This document shows, piece after piece, positions 25,524 through 40,434 of a stretch of DNA of 64,000 bases (positions within the stretch are counted from its first letter, which is position 1; every line of letters starts with the position of its first letter). The notes beneath the pieces were generated by a model. That model had not been told where the DNA came from, ran no database searches, and was given only the letters and a program-made list of their open reading frames with translations. The position numbers and the translations under genes are program-made. Where the stretch lies: positions 14,012,001 to 14,076,000 of the forward strand of contig OX597840.1 in NCBI GenBank assembly GCA_951406725.2, written 5' to 3'. Source of the stretch: Octopus vulgaris (Eukaryota).

Positions 25524-27302
25524 AAAAAAAAAAAAAAAAAAAAAATACACACACATACATTGTTCACCAATATGAGCACACACAGATAGACAATGCACTC
25601 TCCTGTGGGTCATGACCATATAATATTATAATCACACCATGTTTCTGTTTCAAAACATATGGCGGCAGTCTCTGTGGAGTCTCTATTATTTTCATAAATT
25701 TCCTAAATATATACAACTGCAGCAATGTGTTGTATCTGCGGGATATCGCATATACATCATCTTTTATATACAAAATATGATGACAATTATATGGAAGGTT
25801 GTGTTGTGTTCATTGAATATTCATATCCAAAGTTTTGTATACAAACAGACATCAGAAATGACTCAGGACATGTCTGTGCACTAAACTTTATGGCCAGAAA
25901 CATTGGTAATTTCTATAGTTATGTAAATTCAATTGTTTCATATCATTTCTTCTTTGTTCTAATCATTACACTGTGGCCATACTGTGGCACCACCTTTGGA
26001 GAATGTAGTGTTTCATGATGATTCCAGGACAGATTTTAGTGGTTTACAGTTATTGCAGACACATGGACATATATGACAGGCTTCCACACAGTTTCCGTTT
26101 TCTTGTTTTACTCACAGGCCTTGGTTGGTGCAAGGCCATAGTCAAAGACATTTGCCCAAGGTGCCACATGAAAATACTGTTGAATGGAAGACCGCATAGT
26201 TGAGAAATAAATTTCCTAATTGCACGGCCATGCCTGTACCTATACATGAGCATGCGTGTGCGCACACACACACACACACACACACACACCAAGATATTTA
26301 AGATTTGTCAGAATACTTTGAGTGACACTAAATGCATAAATACACCATGGCAATTATTATATTGTTAATAAGAAGCAAGTCCAGCTGATCAAACAACTGT
26401 GATACACATTGTGGAAACTGCAAGAAGATCTTCTAATTACATTTGCTTTATAGTCATCTGCTAATTGGTCTTTTAATAATGTTTATGTCTTTCTCATATG
26501 ATATCAGATTTAGTTATGATCTGCTGCTCTGTCGTTACACTAAAACTCCATATGTGTGTATTGTTACTTTTTAAAAGAGAGAGAGGTGGAAGTTCATGGG
26601 AGCATCACAGAGTTATTCTCTCAGGAATTAAAACTGTAGCTTGGTAACTTTGGGGTGCTCAGAGGCAGACACTGATCAAGTTGAGATATGATCATAGACA
26701 TTCCAATCATAACCCTCTCACTTTATTTTGGGGCATACTCCATCTAGGTCTTACATTATCCAATATGCTCTCCCCCTCATTTCAAAGTTGTTAATATGAT
26801 TTCTGGTGATATGCAGTGGTCAGTCTTATTTGGCCTCATAGATGACATTGTGTTGGTCATTTGCATTTTAGACTGTGTTGATTATTGGTTACCTGAACAC
26901 TTACATTTTTGTCACAGACTGGACTGTTCTTTGATCTTTTACTGTGAAATTTATTTTTCTTCAGTGACTTCACTTCTCCATAACACACTCAGCAGATTTT
27001 AAGCATCCGGTTTCTAGTTTCACAGTCACAACAAATTTGGAGATAGTGTTGCATTGAGGTAATTTTCTTTACTTGTCTGCTTTCAGTCTTCTGGTCTCAG
27101 CTGTCAGTGATATTTATCTATAGCCTACTATTTCTAGCAGGCTGCCTTGTTGGCTTCATATTGTATTTTATTCTATGTTTTGTCAAGGCACAAAACTCTT
27201 TTTGTCTCCCTAGCTCTTACAGTCATCGGAAGCTAAGGTTACTGGACAACTGGACACATGATTGTGAGTTCAGACCTTAATAATATTTGCGTATTGTCAT
27301 CA

Positions 27303-27712
27303 GTGCAGGTATGGCTGTGTAGTAAGAAGCTTGCTTCCCAACCACATGGTTCTGGGATCAGTCCCACTCCATGGCACCTTGGGAAAGTGTCTTGTACTAT
27401 AGCGTTGGGCCGACCAAAGCAGATTTGGTAGATGGAAACAGAAAGAAGCCTGTTGTATGTATATATATATATATATATATATACATATATGTATATGTAT
27501 ATATTTGTTTGTGTCAGTATTTGTCCCCCCCACCATCACTTGACAATCAATGTTGGTGTGTTTACCTCCCCATAACTCAGTGGTTCAGCAAAAAGAGACC
27601 AATAGAATAAGTACCAGACTTACAAAGAATAAGTCCAAGGGGCGATTTCTTCGACTAAAGAGTGGTGCTCAAGCATGGCCACAATCAAAATGACTAAAGC
27701 AAGTAACAGAAT
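27303..27712 (+). mobile_element. Full-length dominant-family SINE
   Basis: Homology to 21598-22005. Confidence 0.85.
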
Positions 27713-28323
27713 GAAATAATATATATAAAACACAAAAGATGACACTGGAAAAACCAAATGTTATGTAATGAAGTGCATAAAAGTAGTGAACTCAGCTCTA
27801 AGTCCATCACAGCTTATAGCAGAAACATCTGTAAGCTAATGAAGTTCATAACATAATATTTGTTTTTTTCCAGTGCCAACTCTTTGTTTTCTATTACTAC
27901 ACTATACCCATATAACATTGTGTTCTAAAACATATGTATATTGAGTTCTACACCCAGTTAGTAGTCTTGCTATGCCTAAGTGAAATATTAATGTGTGTGT
28001 GTGGTTTGTGTCTGTTTACCCTCACCCCATCCCCATGAGTGTGGTCATTGCCAGTGCCGCTGGACTGGCTCCCGTGTAGGTAGCACATAAAAACACCTTT
28101 TGAGTGTGATCATTGCCAGAACCGCCTGACTGGCCCTCATGCTGGTGACATGTAAAAAGCACCCACTACACTCTCGGAGTGGTTGGCTTAAGGAAGGGCA
28201 TCTAGCTGTAGAAACTTTGCCAGATCAGATTTAGCCTGGTGTAGCCTCTGGCTCACTAGTCCTCAGTCAAACCATCCGGCCCATGCCAGCATGGAAAGCG
28301 GATGTTAAACAATGATGATGATG

Positions 28324-28391
<68 letters not shown>

Positions 28392-28786
28392 CAGAGGCTT
28401 TCTGCAAAGTTCAGTCAGAGGCCATGCAATAGAACGACCTGGGTGGTGAAGATGCTGTACAGTGGGGTCAAACATGGAAACCATGTACTTCACTCGTGTT
28501 TTGAGCCCACGCAGTTCATGGCCTGTTCAGATTGAAAAATCTTATCCAATCAGTAAGCATTTTATTTAAAGAAAAGCATGTCAAAAAGTATAAAATAAAA
28601 TACAGAACTGAGCAATGGAAATGTGAATATAAAATGTCTAATGGAAATTGTTTCAGAATTTCCATTTAAAGATCGGATTGCAAAATTTCATCTTTAAACT
28701 GTTGTTTGCTGGTTCTGTTTTACTTTTTATTCCTTTATTTCTCATCTCATCGTTATTCTTTTGGTGATGATGATAGTAATGGATGA

Positions 28787-28818
<32 letters not shown>

Positions 28819-29188
28819 TTGGTGGCGATGATAAACATCCTCATTACTATTGTTCTCTCCAGATAAAGGCATAACAGAAGAGCTGAAGATGATGGTATTG
28901 CCCATAAAATTTCTCTTAGAGGTTCTGTGTGTATGTGTGTATGTGTTTATATGTGTGCTCTTATGTGTATGTATGTATATTTATATATACTTTTATTCTT
29001 TTAGATGTTTCAGCTATTTGACTGCGGCCATGCTGGAGTACCACCTTAAAGGGTTTTTTAGTCAAAGAAATTGACTCTAAGACTTATTCTTTGTAAACTT
29101 GTATTTATTCTGTCAGTCTCTTTTGTCAAACCACTAAGTTATGGGGATGTAAGTACACTAACATTGATTTTTAAGCAATAGTGGGGGA

Positions 29189-29261
<73 letters not shown>

Positions 29262-30215
29262 CATCATCATCATCATCATTTAATGTTCGTTTTCCATGCT
29301 AGCACGGGTTGGACGGTTCGACCGGGTCTGGGAAGCCAGGGGCTACACCAGGCTCCAGTCTGATCTGGCAGTGTTTCTACAGCTGGATGCCCTTCCTAAT
29401 GCCAACTACCCCGCAAGTGTAGTGGGTCCTTTTTACGTGCCACCGGCACAGAAGCCAGTCAAGGCGGTGCTGGCAACAGCCACATTTGGATGGTGCTTTT
29501 GGCATCGGCCACATTCGGATGGTGCTTTTTATGTGCCACCGGGACAGAAGCCAGTCGAGGCGGAGCTGACAACGGCCACGTTTGGATAGTGCTTTTTATG
29601 TGCCACCGGCACAGGTATCACAACTACTATTTCCATTGATATTTATTTCGGTGTTCATGTACTTCACTCAACAGGCCTCCTCAAGCACAGCGGGATGTTC
29701 TGGAATCCAGGGTACTTCGAATGGGCAGGGCTATGCGTAACTGGTGCAGGAAGCAGCCCGGGTCTTTACAGTCACAGCATATCTCCAGAGATCTCGGTCC
29801 TTCGCCTTTGCCTCAGTGAGGCCCAATGCTCTGAGGTCATGCTTGACTACCTCATCCCATGTCATCCTGGGTCTACCTCTCCCCCTGATACCTTCAACTG
29901 TTTGGGAGTGGCACTTCTTCACACATCTCTCCTCATCCACCCGCAGTACATGACCATACCATCGCAAGCGTCGCTCTTGCACACCAAGATGCTTCTTATG
30001 TCCAGCATTTCTCTCAGGGTGCTTACCCTCTGTCGTGTGCGCACACTGACATTACACATCCAGCGGATCATGCTAGCTTCATTCCTTTCAAGCCTACGCA
30101 TGTCCTCTGCAGTCACAGCCCATGTTTCACCACCGTGAAGCATGGTGGTTCGCACATATGCGTCATACAATCTACCTTTCACTTTGAGCGAGAGACCCTT
30201 TGTCGCCAGTAGGGG
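29262..30215 (-). mobile_element. RTE LINE 3' fragment with UTR array and (GAT)n tail
   Basis: KGRLYDAYVRTTMLHGGETW, ERRLRWYGHVLR, GRGRPRMTW. Confidence 0.9.
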
Positions 30216-30537
30216 TAACGATGGGCTTCTTTCAGTTTCTATCTACCAAATTCACTCACAAGGCTTTAGTTTGCCCGAGGCTGTAGAAGAAGACACTTGC
30301 CCATGGTGCCATGCGGTGGGACTGAACCCGGAACTATGTGGTTGGGAAGCAAGCTTCTTACCACATATCCCCTCTATACAAATACTGAATCCTTATTTGA
30401 AATATGGATTTTGCAGCTCCGTATTAAGCATATTTCATACACACACACACACACACATACACACACACACATATATTCTTTTATTCTTTTATATGTTTTA
30501 GCTTTGAGACTGTGGCCATGCTGGGGCACTGCCATTA

Positions 30538-30877
30538 AGCTTGCTTACCAACCACATGTTTACAGGTTCAGTCCCACTGCATGGCACCTTGGGCAAGTGT
30601 CTCCTACTATAGTGTCGGGCTGACCAAAGCCTTGTGAGTGGATTTGGTGGGCGGAAACTGAAAGAAGCTTTTCGTATGTGTGCGTGTGTTTGTGTGTTTG
30701 TGATTGTCCCCCACCATCACTTGACAACCGATGTTAGTGTGTTTACGTCCTCGTAACTTAGCGGGACGTATGAGACCAATAAAATAAGTACTAGGCTTAA
30801 TAACTCCTGGGGTCGATTTGTTTGACTAAAGGCAGTGCTCCAGCATGGCTGTGGTCAAATGACTGAAACAAATAAAA

Positions 30878-30880
<3 letters not shown>
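30538..30880 (+). mobile_element. Dominant-family SINE
   Basis: Homology to 21598-22005. Confidence 0.8.
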
Positions 30881-30922
<42 letters not shown>

Positions 30923-31350
30923 CATACTTACATACATACATACATACATACCTGTTAGCTTGTTAAAAAATATATATTAGCAACAGAAGCAATATTAATA
31001 CCAAGTGGTAGAGTTAGTTTCCTATCTCTCTCAGTATGTGTGTGTGTGTATTAAGGCCCTGGAAGCTAAGAAAGATGTAGTATTTCCAATGCAGCACTCA
31101 ACAACAGCTTGAGGCAATCTACACTCTTGAGTTATAGTCTTGAAGTAAGATTGAAATCCTTCAGGTGTAGAAAATCCATGTGTAATATTGGTTAAACTGG
31201 TGCGTGGGTTTAGCAAAAAGTAAAATATTGCCCAAATAAGAAGACAAAGAGTTTAGCGCAGTTTTAGTGATTGTTTACCAACTCTGTTTTTGATGTCCGT
31301 TCCTGCAAAAGTTCTGTGCAAAAAGTTACATAATATTGCAGTTTTAAACA

Positions 31351-31406
31351 TCAGAGTGGCACACCGTCAGAGTGGCACACCGTCAGAGTGGCACACCATC
31401 AGAGTG
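31351..31406. repeat. 16-bp tandem repeat, ~3.5 copies
   Basis: TCAGAGTGGCACACC(G/A) at 31351, 31367, 31383 and 31399. Confidence 0.9.
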
Positions 31407-31555
31407 TGTCAAAAGTGCCACTCTTACATAGTGTGTCTGCCAAGCCTTGTGTTTTACTTGTCTTGGGAGGAAAGAAGTATAAATAAAGATGAAAATAAAA
31501 TTGTGAGTAGATGGGCAGGGCAAATACAATGTAAACGCTAAAATAGATAAAAATA

Positions 31556-32075
31556 TGGTTACTGGGAGGAGGAAGAAAATAGAGGAAGAAGTAGAAGAGG
31601 AAAAAGTAGGAGGAAAATATGAGGATTAAGTTGGAGAAGAAGAAGGAGAAAGAAAGAAAACAAATGGAGAAAAAAGAAGAGGAAATATGTGATATAAAGA
31701 GTAAGGTGGGCTAATAATGAGCAATCCCACCTCTTTGGGAACCAAGTGATAATGGATAAAGCAAGTATAGTAATATCATTAGTCTTTACAAATCTCTGAG
31801 CCTGGGGTTACATCTTTGCATAGACCAGACCCACTCTGTATATCATACTATGGATAGTTAATCCTCATTCCCATTGTTTCCATTTTGTTCAACATATTGT
31901 TGGCATCGGTGGATATGAACCAGGAGACCTTCAGCTTCATCATATCTTTAGTTGACCCCAGTACTTATTTTTTATAAGCCCAGTTACTTATTCTATCAGT
32001 CGCTTTTGCCAGACTGCTAAGTTAGGTAGGTAGGAAGGTAGGTAGGAAGGTAGGTAGGTAGGCAGGCAGGCAGGC

Positions 32076-32113
<38 letters not shown>

Positions 32114-32140
32114 TCATCATCATCATCATCATCATTTAGC

Positions 32141-32200
<60 letters not shown>

Positions 32201-33133
32201 GGACAGATGGATGGATAGACAGACAGATAGATAGATATTTGAAATTTCTGGTGAATTCAATTTGTAGAGTAATTACATATCAAAACAGAAGAGTGAAAAT
32301 ATTTGCTATATTTTGAAAAGTAAATCAAATTTTTCTAGTCTTCTGTTTTGGTATACATCAGACCTGCTCACTATTATCCGTCCCATGGATGGAAAAACAC
32401 AATATGCAGCTAAACAAGAATTAATCTGAATTAATCCTCTTTGGTAAAGAGGCTGTACTCTTCCTTTGAACCAAAACCTCATGGCATCAAATACTGCAAG
32501 TAACCTCAGAGTTGTTGACATCAACTTAAGCTAGAGTACCCATATAAACAACAAAGTCAACATGGCCTGAAGGGTTTGGTTCCGGATCCTCAGGACTTTT
32601 CAGTGAGGAAATGCTTTTAACATTATCATTGTCTTCTCACCCTGAATACTGTTGCCCATTGTGGTTTCATCCAGCATGCTAATGATTCTGCCAGCTCACC
32701 ACTTTTACAATAATGATAATAACAATGACGATGTTTTCTGTAAAGCCAGAAAGAAAAAAGGCACGATCAGGCTCAAACTTCAACCACTTGACCGCAATAG
32801 TACCAACTATAAGCATGCATGTGCAGAAGGCAGTGTGGCAATAATAAAGATATGTTATGGTGAAAATGCAGATAATTTTTGACTCCTCCTCATATATACA
32901 TATAGGAATTTTTTGCATAATAAGATAAAAAACCAAGGCTGTGTAGATATTAGAACATTTATAGATAGAAGCCTTGGTTTTTTATCACATTAAATTCTTA
33001 TATACACATGCTGACATATGACCAACGTTGAACTCCTTATTCACAAAATCACCGAACCTGGAACTTAACCCTTGTCTATCTATAGCACTTATTCAACATT
33101 ACCTGATACCTTTGGGTCTCAATGACACCATTA

Positions 33134-33185
<52 letters not shown>

Positions 33186-34921
33186 GTATATACACATATA
33201 TATGATGGGCTTCTTTTGGTTTCTCTCTACAAAGTCCATTCACAAGGCTTTGGTCGTCCTGAGGCTATAGTAGAAGACACTTGCCCAAGGTGCCATGTAA
33301 TGAGATTGAGCCTGGAACCATGTGGTTGGGAAGCACACTTCTTACCACACAGCCATGCCTGCACCTATTCTTCACCTTTCCAATACAGTGACTTTTAATA
33401 TCTACCCTAGTAATTAACAAGCTAATTATTAAGCATTCTCTCTTTCCTATTCACACTATAATTCATAATTTAATTTGTGTTTTTAATCATCTGCTTTCAG
33501 CTGTTATAAGAGCTTGTTCCCTATTTGTTTTAATTTTACTTTATTTCATTCTAAACTCTGTTCTTTTACTATTAGCATCTTAAATAAATAATTAAAAACC
33601 TACTCTAGTTTCTTCCATTAATTTAGCTTTTTATTTTATAATTAATTCCTTGCTGCCCCCCTCACCCCATTAACTTAATATTTTTATGCCTTGGCATGTG
33701 GGATTCTAAGGTCACCAGGAAGCATTCTGGTTAACCTCAGCACCAGCCCACCCCACCCCATTTCGCCCATTATTGCCTCTATCCATTCTACTTCTACTAC
33801 TAGTGTCGTATCTCCTAACTTCATTTTGTCATTATCATCATTAATGTTGCTTGAATTCCAACTATTCTTGCTGTCATTACATTCTGAGTTCAAATTCCAT
33901 CAAGGTCAGCTTTGCCTTTCATCCTTTTGGGATCTATAAAATAAAGTAGCAGTTGAGCACTGGGGATTGATGTAATTGACTTTAACCCCCCCACCCCCCC
34001 ACCTCGAACTTGGTGGTCTTCTTGTGCTAAAATTTGAAAACATCATCATTATTATTATCATTATTGTAAAAGTGGTGAGCTGGCAGAATCATTAGCATGC
34101 TGGATGAAACCACAGTGGGTTAGTGGGAGGAGGAGGAGGAAGAAAATAGAGGAAGAAGTAGAAGAGGAAAAAGTAGGAGGAAAATATGAGGATTAAGTTG
34201 GAGAAGAAGAAGGAGAAAGAAAGAAAACAAATGGAGAAGAAAGAAGAGGAAATATGTGATATAAAGAGTAAGGTGGGCTAATAATGAGCAATCCCACCTC
34301 TTTGGGAACCAAGTGATAATGGATAAAGCAAGTATAGTAATATCATTAGTCTTTACAAATCTCTGAGCCTGGGGTTACATCTTTGCATAGACCAGACCCA
34401 CTCTGTATATCATACTATGGATAGTTAATCCTCATTCCCATTGTTTCCATTTTGTTCAACATATTGTTGGCATCGGTGGATATGAACCAGAAGACCTTCA
34501 GTATTCAGGGTGAGGAGACAATGATAATGTTAAAAGCATTTCCTCACTGAAAAGTCCTGAGGATCCGGAACCAAACCCTGCTGGCCATGTTGACTTTGTT
34601 GCTTATATGGGTACTCTTGCTTAAGTTGATGTCAACAACTCTGAGGTTACTTGCAGTATTTGATGCCATGAGGTTTTGGTTCAAAGGAAGAGTGCAGCCT
34701 CTTTACCAAAGAGGATTAATTCAGATTAATTCTTGTTTAGCTGCATATTGTGTTTGTCCATTCATGGGACGGATAACAGTGAGCAGGTCTGGTGTATACC
34801 AAAACAGAAGACTAGAAAAATTTGATTTACTTTTCAAAATATAGCAAATGTTTTCACTCTTCTGTTTTGATACGTAATTACTCTACAAATTGAATTTACC
34901 AGAAATTTCAAATATCTATCT

Positions 34922-34952
<31 letters not shown>

Positions 34953-35034
34953 CGTCCGTCTATCTATCTATATATCTATATATCTATCTATCCATCCATC
35001 CATCTGTCCCTCTCTCTCTATCTATCTATCTCTA

Positions 35035-35119
<85 letters not shown>

Positions 35120-35245
35120 GCCTGCCTGCCTGCCTGCCTACCTACCTATCTACCTTCCTACCTACCTAACTTAGTAGTCTGGCAAAAGCGACCGATAGAA
35201 TATGTAACCGGGCTTAATAAAAAATAAGTGCTGGGGTCAACTAAA
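31556..35245. repeat. Complex local duplication with direct and inverted blocks
   Basis: 31556-31934 matches 34117-34501 (direct); 31947-32651 matches 34499-35245 (inverted); 32655-32738 matches 34036-34119 (inverted). Confidence 0.9.
32355..32667 (+). pseudogene. CR1-like LINE RT C-terminal remnant (inverted duplicate at ~34501-34795)
   Basis: Manual translation across frameshifts: WMEKHNMQLNKN*SELILFGK..NLRVVDINLS.STHI.NKVNMA.RVWFRILRTF..HPEYCCPLW. Confidence 0.65.
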
Positions 35246-36184
35246 AATTCTTTAAGATGGTGCTCCAGCATGGTCACAGTCAAATGACTGAAACAAGTAA
35301 AAGATAAAGGATATACATACATACATATATATGTGTGTGTATATATATATATATGTATAAGAAAAAAGATATTAAAAAATCCAGGCTGGTAGCAATAAAG
35401 CAGTCAGTTTTAAATGAATTTGGTTAATTACATCTAACAATCAAACACCAATTATAGCAGCCCATAAGTGGAGAATTAAGGAATATCACAACTCAAAATC
35501 TGTAAACAAGAGTTAAATCAATTGTGGGAATTGTGAAAGTAACTCTCATGATAATTTCTCTTGAACTAGATTTCAATTCTTTAAGTAAAAGTAATTCCAA
35601 CACTGATAACACAGTTAAGTTGATACCTAGTTTTGATATTAATTATAATGATTATAATAATAATGATCCTGCCTTAACACCTAATTCTGTAGGAATTCTT
35701 TTAACCACCAGTAGCAAATACGAGTAAATGCTAGTGTAACTGTAAAACTTTAGTGTATCAATGTAAGGTAATAACAGAAGATCATAAGTATAATTACAAT
35801 TTGGAGATCTGGTTTTCATAATCATTCTCATTCATTTAAGTATAGAAAAAAAGGTAATCCTACAAATCTTAGTAAATGCATTTGGGATTTAAAAGACAGG
35901 AACTTTAATTAGAATGATTTAAAGTGGCCCATTATTAGTTACACACCATCATACAATATTGGCAATTCTGCATGTGATCTTTGCCTTAAAAAATGTATTA
36001 TATAACTACTTAATATTATTAAAATTTTAATGGTAATTTCACAAAGAAATGTTCTCACAAATTTCAGAAAGCATTTAAATATTTCACTTCTTAATCATAA
36101 TTGTTTTTCATATATTATATAATCAACATCATTTTTCTAAAAATATTTAGTAGGTTTAATAAATAAATAACTAATTGTCATGAT

Positions 36185-36520
36185 GTGTGAAGGCTCAGTG
36201 TTTAGAGCGTTGAGCTTACGATTGTGAAGTTGAGAGTTCGATTCCTGGATTGGGCTGCGTGTTGTGTTCTTGAGCAAGACACTTTATTTCATGTTGCTCC
36301 AGTTCACTCAGCAGTAGAAATTAGTTGTGGCATCACAGGTACCAAGCTGTATCGGCCCCTTTGCCTTTCCCTTGGATAACATCAATGGTGTGGAGAGGGA
36401 AGGCTGGTATGCATGGGCAACTGCTGCCCTTCCACAAACAACCTTGCCCAGACTTGTGCCTCAGAGGGTAACTTTCTAGGTGCAATCCCATGGTCATTCA
36501 TGACCAAAGGGTGTCTCCTC
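36185..36520 (+). mobile_element. tRNA-derived SINE, third family
   Basis: GGCTCAGTG A box, GAGTTCGATTCC B box, GTGTTCTTGAGCAAGACACTT central domain. Confidence 0.65.
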
Positions 36521-37065
36521 TAATTGTCACAATGTAGAATCTCTGTTTTTAATTGTCCTAACGTAGAATTCATAGGTTTATTTTTTTATTCTTTCATTAT
36601 CCACTGATGTCACCAAAAGTGAAATACAAAAGTTGCTTTTCTTTGATTATATTTCTTCTTAATATTCTTTTTGTATGTGTTTGTGTACCAGAGATATTTT
36701 TTTAGTTCCCTTTGAATTTAATTTTGGATCACCTCGAGAGAACATTGTTAACATTAACATGTATTTTCAGATATGTAAATTTCAATGATATTTTCTGTAT
36801 TTAAATATGTTGATACAACAAAAACAATTAATTGTCAGCTTTGTATGGTGAATTCAACAATTAAAGATGTGATTTTTCTCTATTTGTATTTTTGTTGAAT
36901 ATATATATTTTTTGTCATATGTAGATTTGGGGATTGATCCAGTACCAGACAAAGGTTCTGGATTATTTTTCTGGCTTTTTTTTACTTAATTTTTGAGAGT
37001 GGTCAGGTTCATTTTTAGTTTTCTCAAATGTGAGAGCAGTCGAGTTTATTTCAGATATTCTCATT

Positions 37066-37113
<48 letters not shown>

Positions 37114-37159
37114 CAAACAACTAAACATGCTTGGGCCTGATATATAAAATATACATGCA

Positions 37160-37194
<35 letters not shown>

Positions 37195-37383
37195 GCACAC
37201 ACACGCACATGTAAATATATTTGGCAATTTATATTTAGAGAGAGAAGCAAAAGCTGAAAATATCCAAGAGATGAACATTCACCAGTGTTTTTTATATTGA
37301 GCATCTCTGGATTTCACCTGTTGACTTTATCTCTCTCTCTCTGTATGTTTGTATGTATGCACATGTATGTTTGTGAGAGCGTA

Positions 37384-37429
<46 letters not shown>

Positions 37430-37640
37430 TAGTTGGATCTGATTTCTTATTGAGTTTAGTAAACTGAACAAAGAATGCTATGAGCTTTTGCTCAGGAATA
37501 TAATACAATATTAGTGGAGAAATTTGAATCCATAGTCAAATGACCATTTATCCAGTACCTTAATCTCCTTAGCTTTTGTTCCCATTCCACATTAAATTCA
37601 TTCATATTCTCTATAATGACTTTTGTAAGATTTTTCCTTG

Positions 37641-38028
37641 TTACCTCTGCCTTCGCTAAGGTGGAAAGGTATTGTTTTCAGTCATGTTTGTTTGTTTGTT
37701 TGTCCCTGGACAAGATATCTCAAGAACTGCCAGATGGATTCGAATTAAACTTTCAGGGATGTTTGGCCTCATGACTGGCACAAGCTGATTAGATTTTGGG
37801 ATCAAGCTGCTACTGGCCAAGGATTCTGGATTATTTTTCCAGCTTTTTTACTTAATTTTTAAGAGCAGTTGAGTTTCATTTTTAGTATTCTCGTTTGTGA
37901 GAGCAGTTGAGTTTATTTCAGATGTTCTCATTTTAAAAATCATCTCTGGCTAATCATTGAGAGGATGGTGGCGTAGAGGAAGGTGTTATTGCCTTGGCAG
38001 AGGTTTGTGCTTTCTGAGTGCTCTTGTT
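37641..38028 (+). mobile_element. HINE/Helentron-associated non-autonomous element (partial copy at 36922-37066)
   Basis: Subterminal inverted repeat ACCTCTGCC / GGCAGAGGT, 5' (TGTT)n microsatellite, short 3' hairpin. Confidence 0.55.
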
Positions 38029-38586
38029 CTTACTGTTATTATGGTTGGCAGTGCTTGACCAGAAGTCAGCCTTGATTGAACTAACATATGGTCAAAGGTA
38101 TTCTAGCCATGATTGTCCCTCATTTTTCTATGCATAATGAACACAATAGGACTTTATTCAACATGCCTTTTTGAAGACAGTTGGGTGTGCTTTGAGGGGA
38201 TCTTGTTGCTGTTTCTTGCAGATTGTGTGACCACATAGAGGTTCCCTTGTTGTCTTGTGTAGTTCATGGAGAAGATGTTGATGGTGTCAGTGATGGTGAT
38301 GATAATTGTCATCATCATCATCATCATCATCACCACCATCATCATCATGATACTGGTAGTGCCCACAGTGATGTTAACAATGAAATTAATAAGGTAGGGT
38401 AATGGATGGACTAGTGGTGGTGATGATGATGGATGTGATGGTGATGATGTCAGATGTGGCAATGATGAGGAGGGTGAGGAGGATGTCCATGGTGGTGTTA
38501 GTGAAAGGTTTTGTTGATGTTAATAGAGAGACTGGGTGAAACAGAGAGAGAGGGAGAATGAGTGGCAGGGAGGAAATGATTGTGCA

Positions 38587-38626
<40 letters not shown>

Positions 38627-39484
38627 GGTGGGAAAGAGAATGGGTGGGAGAGAGAGAGAGAATGGGTGTGAGGGACAGAGAAGGGGTGGGTGAGGTAATT
38701 TGTAAGTTGATATCACTCTAACAGTTGATATCTGAAACTGAAGTTTTAAACCTCTTCCATTTAACCTTCCCCCAAGCAGCAACTAAACTACAATTACCAC
38801 CACCACCACCACCACCAACACCATCACCCATACCACCTACACCATCAGAGCAATCCCCCACCACCACTACCATCACAACCAGTAACATCCAACCACGATC
38901 ACACCACCACCACCACCACCACCACCATCAATACCACCACTACTGCCGCCGCCACCACCACCATAATTAAAACTCCAATACCCCCATAACCCTCCACCGA
39001 TTTCCTTTGTCTGTCTCAAGTGAACCATTTAAATCTCCGGTTTTGTAAATCCTGACAATTTCAGTCTGGTGAGAAAAAGCACAATAAATTCTAAATGAAT
39101 TATTTATATTGTTGCTACTATTGTTGATGTTGTTGTTGTTGTTACTAATGTCATGGTTGTTGTTGTTACTAAGGTTATTGTTACTGTTACACTTGTTTCA
39201 CTATTTTTGTTATTTTTATCACTGATGTTGTTGTTGTTGTTACCCTGTTGTTTCTGTTGTTATCACAGGTAGTACCTATGTTATCTGATTTCCCTTTGTT
39301 TCCTTCAGACACCTTATGCCTCTCTCTCTGGCAACATTCTTTGAAACAAAATTAATAAAATGGAATAATACTGAGGATTGAATCATTGAAGAAAAATATA
39401 TGAATGAATGAAAAGAAGCAGAAGTTGCTGTAGTAATTTAACTTAGGCGTTAGAACTGAACTTTGGAGTTGGGACAGAAAGAAA

Positions 39485-39730
39485 GGCGGCGAGCTGGCAG
39501 AATCGTTAGCATGCCAGGCAAAATGCTTAGCGGTAGTTCATCTGCCGTTATGTTCTGAGTTCAAATTCCGCCGAGGTCGACTTTGCCTTTCATCCTTTAT
39601 CATGATGTAGGTAGTTGATAAATTAAGTACCTGTCATGCACTGGAGTTGATGTAATCGACTTAATCCCTTTGTCTGTCCTTGTTTGTCCCCTCTATGTTT
39701 AGCCCCTTGTGGGCAATAAGGAAATAAGTA
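39485..39730 (+). mobile_element. SINE, fourth family (fragments also at ~4680, ~5128, ~19465, ~33880)
   Basis: GGCGAGCTGGCAGAATCGTTAGC..GAGTTCAAATTCC..GACTTTGCCTTTCATCC repeated in the window. Confidence 0.7.
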
Positions 39731-40434
39731 ATAGTCACTTCTATAGACTGGTTCTTTATTTCCGGTACCCTGAAACGATGAAAGTTAAATTTGACCTTGA
39801 CTGTATTTGAACTCAGAATTGTAAGTGAAATCGTAGTCGTGACTGATGTTGGTGTCATGTAACTGGCACCCATGCTGGTGGCACATGGCACCTTTTGAGC
39901 ATTGGGCCTCACAGAGGCAATGTGGCTGATGCCAGTGTTTTGTAACTAGCACCCATGTGCTAGCTGGTGGCACATAAAAGGCACCTTTTAAGCATTGGGT
40001 CTCACAGAGGGAATATGGATGATGCCAGTGTCGTATTACTAGCACCCATGCTGGTGGCACATAAAAAGCACCTTTTGAGCATTGGGCCACATGGAAACAA
40101 TGGCAAATGATTGAGACCTTTGGCAATATGCTATGCTTGAGTAGAAAGACTCATTGAGCCAAGTGAAATCGTAGTTGTGGCAGATACTGGTGTCATGCAA
40201 CTGGCACCTGTGTCAGTGGCACATAAAAGCACCCATTACATTCTCGGAGTGGTTGGCATTAGGAAGGGCATCCAGCCGTAGAAACCATACCAAATTCAGG
40301 TTATGCATACAGAGAATTTAACCCTTACAAGTATTTAATGCCTTGAGAGTGGTCCAAAGTGCATGTAGTATTGGTCGTATGGTGTTTGGTATACTCCAGG
40401 ATGTCTGACAGGTTGGGAATCCCTTTTGGTGTAT

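Noticed and set aside
28877-28917. AAGAG-CTGAAGA..CCAT-AAAATTT-CTCTT hammerhead-like string
   Set aside because: G12 is missing and there is essentially no stem III; plausible by chance.
32306-32524. Duplicated ORF MSTTLRLLAVFDAMRFWFKGR (also 34587-34844) as a small gene pair
   Set aside because: It is the antisense reading of a CR1-like RT remnant within a local duplication.
35380-35830. Asn-rich ORF, possible viral or organellar insert
   Set aside because: Short, AT-driven composition and no recognisable motif.
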